Source: Rebecca billardiae RCC1528 (lineage: Eukaryota; Protista; Haptophyta). Taken from it: a stretch of 64,000 bases of DNA. The notes beneath the pieces are model-generated. The model was given only the letters and a program-made list of their open reading frames with translations, did no database searches and was not told the DNA's origin. Below are positions 1-10,802 of the stretch, piece by piece. The position numbers and the translations under genes were made by a program. Positions within the stretch are counted from its first letter, which is position 1, and each line of letters begins with the position of its first letter. The stretch spans positions 1,736,001 to 1,800,000 of the forward strand of contig OZ251228.1 in assembly GCA_965240325.2 (NCBI GenBank), in the 5' to 3' direction.

Positions 1-3000
1 CGGACTGGGAGGCGTGCTTGGAGGCGGAGAAGGAGACCTTGGCCATGCCGAGCGACCGGCAGAGCGCCTGCGCTCCGTCGCGGTGCGAGGGCGCGCGAGC
101 GCGCATCGCGACTGAGCGATCACACGCGCGCGCGCCGCGCGCCGCGTGCAGCCGCCGGCGGTGGCGGGCAGGAGAGAGCACAACAGCTGGCGAGCGCACG
201 CGGCGGGTGCGCACGGTGCGCTGCGCTCGCACCTGCAGGATGTACGTCCGCACGAGCTCGAGGCTGCGCACGGAGCGCAGGTAGAAGTCCGCGAGCTGCT
301 GCAGCTGCTTGGAGGGCGCGCCCCTCTTCCCGCTGGCGGAGCCACGCGCGGCCGGCACGTCGGGGCCGCACCAGCGACCGAGCGCGGCGCGCGCCTTGGC
401 GGCCTCCGCCGCCATCGCCTGCTTCGAGTTGAGCGCGTCCGCCGCGCCGAGCAGCTCCGTCTCGTAGCACACGTCGTGCAGCAGCAGCGCCATGTGGTCC
501 GGCAGCTCCGACGCGCGCTCGGCCCACGCGCGCGACGCCTGCTCGAGCGAGAGCGGCGAGGCGGCAGCCGCGACCTTGAGCGCGCGCGACACGTCCGGAT
601 CGAGGCGCTCCCACGCCGAGCGCTCGTCGCCGTCCGTGACCCACTGCTTGCGGCGGTGCGCGGCCTCCTTCGCGCGCGCCTCCGCGTTGGTCGTGTCCAC
701 GCCGGTCGCGCCGACGATCGCCGCCGCCGAGATGAACGCCTCAGCGCTCTCCGCGTCGATCAGCCCCTGCTCGAGCGCCCACGCCTTGCACTCGTCCGAG
801 CAGAGCACGAAGCAGCCCTGCTTCGGGTGGCGGAAGCCGAGCGCCTCGAGGCGCTCGCACGTGCCCGTGACGAGCGCGCCCTCGAGCAGGTGGTCCTCGC
901 ACCACGCGCCGGGGCAGACCGCGCAGCGGAAGAGGAGGCCGCCTGCCGACGTCGCCTTGCGCGAGCACGTGGCGCAGCTGTGGTGCGGGCACGACCAGCT
1001 GAAGCTCGAGATGGCCGAGGGGTCGTCGAGCCCGAGGCACGCCGGGTGGTACGCGCACGGGCAGTGGTCGCAGCACACGAGCTCGCCGCCGTCCCAGCAG
1101 CTCAGGCAGAAGGACTCGTGATCGTAGTCGCGCCCGGCGATCTGCCGCCCGCCGCCGTCGGGCGCGCGGTGCTCGAGCTTGCGCTCGAGCCGCATGCCCT
1201 CGCTCATCGTGTAGTTGTTCGCGCGCTTCACGGCCACGAGCCCGACCCCCTTGACGAACTCGGTCACCGTGGTGCTCGTGCGCGCGCGCTGCGAGGCGAC
1301 GTGCTCGCGCCACTGCTCGCCGATCTCCTCGACCGAGCGGCACTCGCGGAAGGTCTTGCCGTCCGTCTTGCCGTAAGTCACGCCGCGCAGCTCGCGCACA
1401 GAGACCTGAGGCAGCGCCGACGCGTCGAACTCGGCGGCCGCGTGCGCCTGCCCGCCGCGCAGCGCGCCGACTGACGCGTCCGCCGTGCGCGTGCGGTCGA
1501 TGATCGCGCCGATCTCCTCGTCCGTCGGCGGGCGCGCGTGCTCGCTCCGGAAGCACACCTGCGTGCCAAACTTGAGCGCGGCCAGCAGCTCGCCCTCGGA
1601 AGGCGCGCCGCCCTCGCCGCCCGCGCCGTCGGCGGCGCGCGCCGCGGCTGCCGAGTCCTGGTTGACCATCCGGTCGAGGTACAGCTTCTTCTCCGCGTGC
1701 TGCAGGATGCGCGCCTGCGCCCGAGGGAGGGCAAGGGCGAGCGGGGCGCGGGGCGCGCGGACGGCGCTCAGCGCGGAGCGCGCGGCGCACGTCGCCGGCA
1801 TGGCCAATGTCGCGGCGCGCGCCGGCGCGCGCGCGCGCGCACCTCGACGGTGCCGGACGAGACGAGGCGGTAGATGTGCACGGTCTTGGTCTGGCCGATG
1901 CGGTGCACGCGCGCCGCCGCCTGCAGGTCGGCCTGCGGGTTCCAGTCCGAGTCGAAGAGCACGCACGTGTCGGCCGTCTGGCAGTTAATCCCGAGCCCGC
2001 CCGCGCGCGTGCTCATCAGGAAGAGGAAGATCTTCGAGCCGGGCGCGTTGAAGCTGTTGATGTTGACGGTGCGCTGCACGCGGTTGGTCGAGCCGTCGAG
2101 CCGGCGGTACTCCCACCCCGCGGCGAAGCAGTACTCCTCGAGCAGGTCGAGCATCATGCAGTACTGCGAGAAGAGCACGACGCGGTGGCCGCCCGCATGC
2201 AGCGCGCGCAGCAGCCGGTCGAGGACGGCGAGCTTGCCCGACGCCTCGACGAGCGCGGTGGTGTACTCGCGCGAGCCCGTCGACGCGTGCACGACGTTCT
2301 CGGCGCCGTCGATGAGGTACGGGTGGTTGCACACCTTCCGCAGCTGCATCAGAAGGTTCTGCAGCTTCTTCCAGTCGGTGCCGGACGCGCTCGCCGCCTC
2401 GGCCGCCTCCGCCTCGAGCGCGCCGAGCAGCGAGTGGTCGCGCAGCAGCAGCCGCTTGTACCAGAAGAGCTGCATGTCGGAGAGCGGGCACTCGATCGTG
2501 GTCTCGAGCTTCTCGGGCAGCCGCTTCTCCACGTCGCCCTTCACGCGGCGCAGCATCAGCGGCTGCAGCAGCGCGTGCGCGCGCAGCAGCTTGCCCTTGT
2601 CCACCTCGTCCGCGCGCCGGCCGCCGTGCAGCTTGAACGCGCAGTCGAACGCGGCGGAGTCCGGGAAGATGTCGGGGAAGAGGTAGTTGAGCAGCGCCCA
2701 CAGCTCGTGCATGCTGTTCTGCAGCGGCGTGCCCGTGAGCAGCAGCGCGTGCTGGCAGTGGAAGCCGCGCACCGCCTTGGAGATGAGCGAGCCCTCGTTC
2801 TTGAGCACGTGGCCCTCATCCACCACCACGTACCGCCACCACGTGCGCTGCGCGAGGAGCGCGTGCATGTGCGGCGCCTTGGCCATCTCGTAGGTGGTGA
2901 TCACCACGTCGTACCGCTCGAGCTCGCCCAGCACCTCGCGCTTCAGCCGCTCGCGCTCCTCGCCGTCGGACGAGTGCAGCTTGACGACGCGCAGCGCGGG

Positions 3001-3708
3001 GCAGAAGCGGCGGCACTCGACCACCCACGACGAGATGCACGAGAGCGGCGCGATCACGAGCGAGGCGCCGGCGAGGCCGAGGTCGAACTTGAGGTGCGCG
3101 AGGAACGCGATCGTCTGCAGCGTCTTCCCGAGGCCCATCTCGTCGCCGAGGATCGCCGAGTGGCCGCGCGCGTGCGCGGTCGCCAGCCAGCGCAAGCCTT
3201 GCAGCTGGTAGTCGCGCAGCTCCGCCGTGAGCTCGCGCGGCGGGCGCAGCGTCGCGGCGCGCGCGACCGCCGCCTCGATGGCGCGCGCATCCGAGGCACT
3301 CCCCGCCGGCGCGGTCGCGGGGATGCGCGCGCCGAACTCGGAGAACAGCTCCGCGTGCTCGTGCATGAAGTGCGCGCGCCGCGCCGACGACACTGCCGCG
3401 TCCGCGCGGATGACCTCGTTGAGCGCGGCGCGGCGGCGCTCGACGTCGGACGCCTGCAGCGGCCTCTTCTCTTTCGGCGGCGCGCGCGGCTTGGGGAGGG
3501 CGTGGGCACTGCGCGGCGCGCGCGGCACGAGCTGCGCCTGATCCGTCGGCGCCGCGTCGTCAAGCTCGCGGTCAAAGACCGATGGCTCGCCCTGCTCGAG
3601 GTCGTAGTTGTTGAGGCGAAGCACGGCCTGGCCACCGACCATCATGATGCGCGACTTCACCTGGCGCTTGCCGCGCCCGCCCGCATCCGTGGCCTCGTCC
3701 GACGACAT
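1..3708 (-). CDS. SNF2-family (ISWI/CHD-like) chromatin-remodelling ATPase with C-terminal PHD-type zinc fingers; 3' end runs off the window
   Basis: Motifs LRDYQLQG, ILGDEMGLGKT, VVVDEGH, LLTGTPLQN, QLRKVCNHPY, STRAGGLGIN, SDWNPQADLQAAARVHRIGQ. Predicted exons 3708-1843, 1714-233 and 67-<1 (GT-AG introns 1715-1842 and 68-232). Exon 2 encodes FCLSCWDGGELVCCDHCPCAYHPAC...WSCPHHSCATC...FRCAVCPGAWCEDH. Confidence 0.93.
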
Positions 3709-3862
3709 GTCGCTCGCGCGTCGAGCTCGTCGCCCAACGAGAGGTGCGTCGTCGTTTGCCGAGCGGGCCGAGGGATCGTTTGGCCCCTCTGCGACTCTGA
3801 ACTCGCGCGCGCGGCCGTGACGAAGGAACCGGCGCGGGCGCGACCGCGTGAGTGCGCCGTGC

Positions 3863-4970
3863 CAAGGGAGTCAAGGGTGCCCGCGCCCCAGTGGCGCGCT
3901 CGGCGGATGTGGGCACACAGATTTTTGCCCGCGGCCTGCGGCGGGCGGCGGCGAGGGCGTGCTCCGGTGGCGGAGCGAGCGCACGGGGCACGGCGCTGCG
4001 GGCGCGGATGTGCCCGCGAAGCCGTCGCGTGCGGACGGGCAGCTACGGGAGAGCATATGGCGCCCTCCTGCGCCGCGCGACTTGCGCCACACCTCTTTCG
4101 CCTCGGCTCAGAGCAGCGCGCACGCACGCGCCGCCTCAAGGCCAGCCTTGCCGCGCCGCAGCCGGCCGCGCGCGCGCCGTGCGCGGCGTGGTCGGGAAGG
4201 AGCGGGCGCTTCTGCCGGGCGAGATGGCGACATCGCGTGCGCACGCCATGCCGCCCCGTGGCGCCGCGAAAGGGCACGAGAACGGATCCGCACAGCTGTT
4301 GACGAGTGCTGATTACTTGTTGTGCATGAAGCCAGACCTGAGCTCGAAGAATATGATGAAAGAGCATCAGCGCGAGGAAAGCGTCGCACCCAGCACTTCT
4401 GCATGACCACGCGGTGATGAACATTCATGTAAGAGTAGCCCGCGTGCCCGTCTGGCACTGTTCTGTGTCTCAATGATCGTCCCGACAAGGGTCACGACCG
4501 CGAGGCCGTGCACACCATTTGTGACAAGTCAAAGAGGCATGCAAACGGACCGACGACGCACTCGTCAAGGCGTGGCGGGGCGGCATGGCGTGCGCGCATG
4601 ATGTCGCCATCTCGCTCGGCAGCAGCGCCCGCTCCTTCCCGACCACGCCGCGCACGGCGCGCGCGCGGCCGGCTGCGGCGCGGCAAGGCTGGCCTTGAGG
4701 CGGCGCGTGCGTGCGCGCTGCTCTGAGCCGAGGCGAAAGAGGCGTGGCGCAAGTCGCGCGGCGCAGGAGGGCGTCATATGCTCTCCCGTAGCTGCCCGTC
4801 CGCACGCGCCGGCTTCGCGGGCACATCCGCGCCCGCAGCGCCGTGTCCCGTGCGCTCGCTCCGCCACCGGAGCACGCCCTCGCCGCCGCCCGCCGCAGGC
4901 CGCGGGCAAAAATCTGTGTGCCAACATCCGCCGAGCGCGCCATGGGGCGCGGGCACCCTTGACTCCCTTG
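3863..4970. mobile_element. Non-autonomous foldback element with ~395-bp TIRs and CAAGGG termini (P-like)
   Basis: 3863-4258 is the reverse complement of 4576-4970, with a few substitutions and one 1-nt indel. Spacer is 317 bp and lower in GC. The 7-bp flanks GCCGTGC and GCTCGTC are not identical. Confidence 0.8.
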
Positions 4971-5307
4971 GCTCGTCGGAGGTCTGCACCGGACCAGGAT
5001 TGCAGCAGGTGTTCTGCTGAGGAAAACCGGACCCACTAGGCACTACTGGAGCCGGACCAGGGTTTACGTCGGCGGTCGTGCTTGCTGACTCTGAGTCTGA
5101 ACTCCTAAGAAGATGTCGATCAACGCAAACGGGACGCAGTGGACGGCTGGACTCCGGTGAGCAGCCTCCAACCTGGTGCGCAGCGCACAACCTGAGAGGC
5201 TGCGGCCCCGCCTAGATCTATCCGAGATGCACTGAGCCTGAGCCTGAGGCCAGATTTCATTAATCGTCAGCGGTCCGAATGTCGTCAAGGGCAAGGCACG
5301 GATCAGA

Positions 5308-6382
5308 TCAGATGACGAGCGGGTAGCTTGCGCACACTGCGATGCCGCACTTGTTCTTGCCTCGAGCCATCCGGAAGTGGCCGGCTTCGCCCCAGCCCGT
5401 GCCCCAGCTGTTGCGGATCGTCCAGTATGGCGCGCCGTCGTCGCTCGTGCCGTAGCCCACCGCCACGACCGCGTGGTTCACGTGCTGCGTGTCCTGGTGG
5501 CACACCCCGTCGTACACGCCGCCCGTGTAGTGCCTGAAGTCAGCCGAGACCTCGTACGCGACAGAGACGGGGCCGATCGAGCCGACCGCGTCCTCGAGCT
5601 CCTCCTCGTCTCCCTCCGTAATGTTGACCACGCCCGCCACCTTGGCCACCACCGCGCTCCGCTTGAAGTGGCACGTGCCGGTGCTTGCGTTGTATGGGTA
5701 CGCCTGCGCCCGCCCGGGCGGGGCGGGTGGGGGCGTGCGCGTGAGCCGCTGGCGAGGGTGTGGTGTGAGTGCGCGTGTGGGTGCGGCGCTCGGCCGCCGG
5801 GCGCACCTTCTCGGGGTCGATGCCGCCGGCGTAGTGGATGTACTCGTACGCCTGGCTGGGCAGTCCGCCGTTGCAGCCGTGGTTGTTGAACGCGCCGGCG
5901 CAGTCGACGAGCTGCTGCTCGGAGATGTTGGGCATGTTGCCCGTCTTCAGGTACACGTGCGACTCGAGGCAGCCCGTCGTGCTGAACGTCCAGCACGAGC
6001 CGCAGTGGCCTTGGTTCTTCACGCCATTCAGCGCGTGATAGTCTCGCCAGTCAATCTGCGGCGGCGCGGTGCCGGTCTTGCGGTGGCCGCCGCCGCGGCG
6101 GCCCGTGGCGGAGCAGTTCTGCGCCTTCATGAGGATGGTCGAGCGGAACTCGTCCCACGTCATGTCCGAGAACTCGTTGATGCCAGCCGTCCACGTGGAC
6201 GTCGGGTCAGCGTTGATCTCCGCCACCTCATGCGCGGACTGCGCAAAGGCGGCGTAGCGCCGTTGCTCCTCCGCGGCCGAGCCATACGTGCGGCCGAAGG
6301 TCGCCTTGAAGTCGCTGAAGGCCGCGGCGAGGCCGACCGAGGTCGGCGCCGCACCGGCGGCGAGCACAAGCGCGGCCAGCAT
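5308..6382 (-). CDS. CTSH: Cathepsin H / aleurain-like C1A cysteine protease precursor
   Basis: Signal peptide, I29 propeptide, mini-chain AQNCSAT, catalytic QGHCGSCWTFSTTGCLES, NHAVVAVGYG, IRNSWG. Exons 6382-5807 and 5703-5308 (GT-AG intron 5704-5806). Confidence 0.95.
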
Positions 6383-6516
6383 CGGCGTGCGTGGACCGAC
6401 GGAAGGCTCGGGAGTTTGCAGTCGGCGCGGCCTCACGCCCGCCCAGCGCGGGGCCGGCGAGCATCCCGGTCTTTTCGAGCGCACGATGGGCGACGAGGGC
6501 GCCGATCGTATCGCTC

Positions 6517-9297
6517 ATGTCCCCGATGGTCGTGCTCGCCGTCGCGGAGAAGCCGAGCGTCGCGCGCTCGATCGCGCACGCGCTCGCGGGGGAGGCACCG
6601 CCGCGCGTCCGCGCGGCCGAGCAGGACGTGTACGAGCTGCAGTCCGAGTTCCGCGGCGCGCGCGCGGCGTTCCGCGTGACCAGCGTCGCCGGCCACGTGT
6701 ACGCCCTCGACTTTGGGCCGCGGCACCAGTCGTGGGACGGCGAGCCTGAGGAGCTGCTGTCGGCCGCGGCGGAGGTCGTGAAGCGCGAGGCGAGCCCGCG
6801 CATGTGCGCGCACATCCAGGCGGAGGCGCGCGGCGCGGACGCGATCGTGCTCTTCCTCGACTGCGACCCCGAGGGGGAGAACATCTGCTTCGAGGTGCTG
6901 CAGAACGCCATGCCGCACCTGCGCCGCGCCCCCCCGGGCGCGCCGCGCGCGCAGCAGATCTTCAGAGCGCGCTTCTCGGCCGTCACGCCGGCGGCCGTGC
7001 GCGAGGCGATGCGCACGCTCGGCGCGCCGGACGCGCGCGTGAGCCTCGCCGTGGACTGCCGGCAGGAACTCGACCTGCGCGTCGGCGTGGCGTTCACCCG
7101 CTTCCAGACCAAGCGGTTCGAGGGCCGATACCGCCGGCTCTCGAAGGGTGTCCTCTCGTACGGGCCGTGCCAGACGCCGACGCTCGGCTTTGTCGTCGAG
7201 CGCCACCTGCAGATCCTCCGCTTCCGGCCGGAGCGCTTCTGGCGCGTGCGCGCGCGCGTGGCCGAGCCGCCGGGCGGCGCGGCCGCCGCCGAGCTCGAGC
7301 TGCGGTGGCGCCGAGGCCGCGTGTTCGACGAGGGCGCGGCGCGCGCGTACGGCGCGCTCGTGTCGGCGAGCGAGCACGCGACGCTGCGCGGCGTGACGGC
7401 GCAGCCGGCCACGAAGGTGCGCCCGGCCGGGCTGAACACGATCGCGCTGATGCAGCGCGCGTCGCGCGCGCTCGGCCTCGGCCCGCGCGAGGCGATGTCG
7501 ATCGCCGAGCGGCTGTATATGGACGGGTATATCTCGTACCCACGCACGGAGTCGAGCGGCTACCCGCGCGGCTTCGACTTTGGGACGCCGCTGCGCGCGC
7601 TGAGCGCGCACCCGGAGTGGGGCGCGTTCGCGGCGGCGGTGCTGGAGGCTGGTCCGCGGCCGCCGCGCCACGGGACCGACGCGGGCGACCACCCGCCGCT
7701 CGCGCCCGAGCGCTGCGCGCAGGAGGGCGTCGACCTCTCCGGCAGCGCGTGGCGGCTGTACGCGCTCGTCGCCACCACGTTCCTCGCGAGCGTCTCGGCG
7801 GACTGCCAGTACGAGGAGCAGCGCGCCGATCTCGAGATTGCGGGCGAGGCGTTCAGCGCGGCCGGGCGCGTGGTGGTCGACCCCGGCTTCACCGTCATCC
7901 TGCCGCACCTCGCGCTCGAGGAGGCGCCGCTCCCGCCGTGGCTGCGCGCGGCGCGCGCGCAGCAGCTGCCCGTGCGCCGCGCCGCCGTCGAGGAGGGAAG
8001 CACCGAGCCGCCCGCCCACCTCTCCGAGTCCGAGTTGATTGGCCGGATGGAGGCGGCGCGGATCGGCACGGACGCGTCCATCGCTTCGCACGTGTACACG
8101 ATCTGCGCGCGCGGGTACGCGCGCGTCGACGCCGCGCGCACGGTGCAGCCCACGCCGCTCGGGCTCGCGCTCGTGCAGGGCTACGCGTCGATCGACGCGG
8201 AGCTCGTGCTGCCCGCCGTGCGCGCGCACATCGAGCGGCTGATCGGCTGCGTGGCGCGCGGCGAGCTGAGCAAGGCCCAGCTGCTGGAGGAAGCACTCGG
8301 ACAGTTCCGCGCCAAGCTGCGCTACTTTGCGCGGCACGCGGGCCGGCTCGAGGCGCTCTTCGATGCGGCGTTCGGCCGCGCCGACGCCGAGCGCGGCGGC
8401 GGAGGCGGCGCCGACGGCGCGGGCGCCGCGCCGGTCGGCAAGCCATTCGGCCGGTGCGGCCGGACCGGGCGCGTGCTCAGGCTGATCCGCGCGCACCCGC
8501 CGCGGCTGTACAACGAGCACACCGCCGAGGTGCTGCCGCTGCCCGCGGGCGGGCGCGTGCGCGCGTGGCAGGGGCGCGAGTGCCCCGTGTGCCGCTTCGA
8601 GCTGATGCTCTTCGACGCGACGCCGCTAGCCACCTTTCCCCTCTGCGCGGGCTGCTACGCGGAGCGCGCGCCGCCGCCCGACGCCGCCGCGGCGGAGGAG
8701 CGCGCCGCGCCGCCATGCCTCGACTGCCCGCACCCGGACGAGCATCCGCTCGTGGCGCGGCTGGCGGTGTGCGAGGACCGGCACAGCGCAGACGGCGGCA
8801 TGCTCATCCTCGACCCCGGAGGCAACCCGCACGCCGGCTGGCGGCTCATCTCGACGCGCGGCAGCATCGTCATCGAGCTCCCGACGAGCGTGCGCGCCGC
8901 GCGCCTCCCGCCGGGGGCGGAGGCCGAGGCGGAGACCGGCTGCCGCATGCTCGAGCTCGAGTTCAAGCCGGGGCAGGAGCCGGTCGTGGACGGGCGGAGC
9001 GTGCGCACGCACCGAGGCTCCGTGCTCACCGACCCGCTCATGCTCCAGCTCGTGCGCGTGCGCTTCGACGAGGACCGCGAGGGCGGCGGCCGTGCGAGCG
9101 GCGCGCGCGGCTCGCGCGGCCGAGGGCGTGGCCGGGCGCGGACGTGCGCCGGCCGCGGCGGGAACAGGGGCACCGCGCGGGGCGCTCCGGATCGCGAGGA
9201 AGAAGCACGACGGCCTCAGGGCCGCGGGCGCGGTGGCAGCGGGGCGCATCGTGGTCGAGGTCGGGCAGGCGGTGCTTCCGCAATCTCCGAACAATGA
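6517..9297 (+). CDS. TOP3B: DNA/RNA topoisomerase III beta
   Basis: AEKPS, TSVAGH, LDCDPEGENICFEV, SYGPCQTPTLGF, catalytic GYISYPRTES, DAGDHPP, IGTDAS; C-terminal CxxC motifs and RG/RGG tail; no intron; first ATG at 6517. Confidence 0.95.
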   Translation: MSPMVVLAVAEKPSVARSIAHALAGEAPPRVRAAEQDVYELQSEFRGARAAFRVTSVAGHVYALDFGPRHQSWDGEPEELLSAAAEVVKREASPRMCAHIQAEARGADAIVLFLDCDPEGENICFEVLQNAMPHLRRAPPGAPRAQQIFRARFSAVTPAAVREAMRTLGAPDARVSLAVDCRQELDLRVGVAFTRFQTKRFEGRYRRLSKGVLSYGPCQTPTLGFVVERHLQILRFRPERFWRVRARVAEPPGGAAAAELELRWRRGRVFDEGAARAYGALVSASEHATLRGVTAQPATKVRPAGLNTIALMQRASRALGLGPREAMSIAERLYMDGYISYPRTESSGYPRGFDFGTPLRALSAHPEWGAFAAAVLEAGPRPPRHGTDAGDHPPLAPERCAQEGVDLSGSAWRLYALVATTFLASVSADCQYEEQRADLEIAGEAFSAAGRVVVDPGFTVILPHLALEEAPLPPWLRAARAQQLPVRRAAVEEGSTEPPAHLSESELIGRMEAARIGTDASIASHVYTICARGYARVDAARTVQPTPLGLALVQGYASIDAELVLPAVRAHIERLIGCVARGELSKAQLLEEALGQFRAKLRYFARHAGRLEALFDAAFGRADAERGGGGGADGAGAAPVGKPFGRCGRTGRVLRLIRAHPPRLYNEHTAEVLPLPAGGRVRAWQGRECPVCRFELMLFDATPLATFPLCAGCYAERAPPPDAAAAEERAAPPCLDCPHPDEHPLVARLAVCEDRHSADGGMLILDPGGNPHAGWRLISTRGSIVIELPTSVRAARLPPGAEAEAETGCRMLELEFKPGQEPVVDGRSVRTHRGSVLTDPLMLQLVRVRFDEDREGGGRASGARGSRGRGRGRARTCAGRGGNRGTARGAPDREEEARRPQGRGRGGSGAHRGRGRAGGASAISEQ

Positions 9298-9479
9298 CGA
9301 TATGGCTTCTCGCTCTGATCTGCGGGCGGACTGCGGCATCACGGGCGGACCTTCCCGCAGCCTGTCGGCGGAGTGTCGGCCTGTCGCGACTGTCTGCGTC
9401 GAGTGACAGTGATGAGTGAGTGATCAGTGACTAGTGAGCGTCGGCGACGTCGTTCTACTGATGACGAGTACCGCGCGTA

Positions 9480-9606
9480 GAGGAGAGAGAGTAGAGAGAG
9501 AGAGAGAGACATTAGTCAACTAGCTTAGTAGTAGTAGTAAGTGAGAGACAGCAGAGAGAAAGAGAGAGAGAGAGAGATGATCGAGAGAAAGAAAGAGAGA
9601 GAGAGA
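9480..9606. repeat. Interrupted (GA)n microsatellite
   Basis: Direct inspection. Confidence 0.9.
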
Positions 9607-10324
9607 TCGCTCGCGAGTCAGTCGCCGCGCGTGAATGTAGCTGCCGGGCTCGCCGCACGCTCTGGACTTGAGGTGCGGCACCATGTGACCCTCCTCCAGC
9701 AACTCCATGCTCATGAGGACATTGACGCGAGCCCCGGCGCTAGTGCGCTACGCTTCTCAATCTCAGCAGCGGCCTTGGCCTCGTGGATGTTGTGGTTGTC
9801 CTGGGTGGGTTGTACACGGCGTCGTAGTCGAAGCGCATCGGCGTGACATGTTGGCGATGCGGGCGCTCGAGGCTGGATCGCCAGGGGACGTCCGCCCTCC
9901 GCGTGCCGGCCGCACTTGCAGCTGCGCCGGCCGACGCCGGTGACGGTGCCGCCGCCGGCGGCGTCGACGCCGGCTCACCAATGAGCACACCTTCGTCCAT
10001 CCGATCGGTGGCGAGCTTGCGACACTGCCGCCACCTCTCCAGCGTCGCCACGTGTATGGCTTTGCGCTTACGTCGCGCCTCGTTGAACATCGCGATGCTC
10101 GGCATCGCTTTGCGGCCGCGTTTAAACCCGGCCTCCCGCGCCCGGGCGCGCGCTACTCAGTTCAGAGTGATGCACTTCCGATCCACCCGTCCCAGGAGGG
10201 AGAAATGAGCCAAGCCCCGCGTGAATTCCCAGTACCCCGATACTGCATGCCGCTTGATACACGCCTTCCCCAACCGACAGTGGGGCTCCACATTCCATAC
10301 TACTACATCCTGTCGGCGCGCTGT

Positions 10325-10500
10325 CGCATCGGCGCCCAGTCGGAGAGTTCGGACGACGACGTTTTGTGGACGACGGTGGGGCAAGGACGACGGGCGCTGG
10401 CGCGCCGCGAGGCGGCCGCAGCCCTGCCTCATCCAGGCCTCGCAGGCGAACGGCTGAACGAATCTTGAATCTTCCGACGGCGCTACCGTCGGCGACGACG
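10325..10500 (+). repeat. Dispersed repeat fragment; second copy inverted at ~43160-43400
   Basis: Shared blocks such as AGTTCGGAC, GACGACGTTTTG, GGGCAAGGACGACG, GACGGGCGCTGGCGCGCCGCGAGGCGGCCGC and ATCTTCCGACGGCG. Confidence 0.75.
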
Positions 10501-10802
10501 GCTTCATGGGCGGTGACAGTTGGCCGGCGTCGATCTCGCCTGCCTGACGGCTGCTGACCAGGACCGGGTCCGTATCCCGCGATACCGATAATCTGTATCA
10601 TTGGTAATCAGATACTCAATACGTACAGTTTACTATGTTTTAACGTGCACACTTGAGTGGTGTCAAGGCACTTGGTGTCTCGGTCAGTGGTTTGAGGTTG
10701 GGTGAGGGTGGTGGTTGGTTGGGGGCTGGCCAGGGTAGGGCTGGAGGCTTCGGGTTGCCGCACCTCATCAACTGGAGCCATCGGGCACCAGGGAGCCGCG
10801 AA

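Noticed and set aside
1807-4302. 831-aa plus-strand ORF
   Set aside because: Antisense shadow of the SNF2 gene; long stop-free frames are expected at this GC content.
9740-10105. 121-aa minus-strand ORF
   Set aside because: No recognisable domain and adjacent to a decayed repeat; probably an element remnant.
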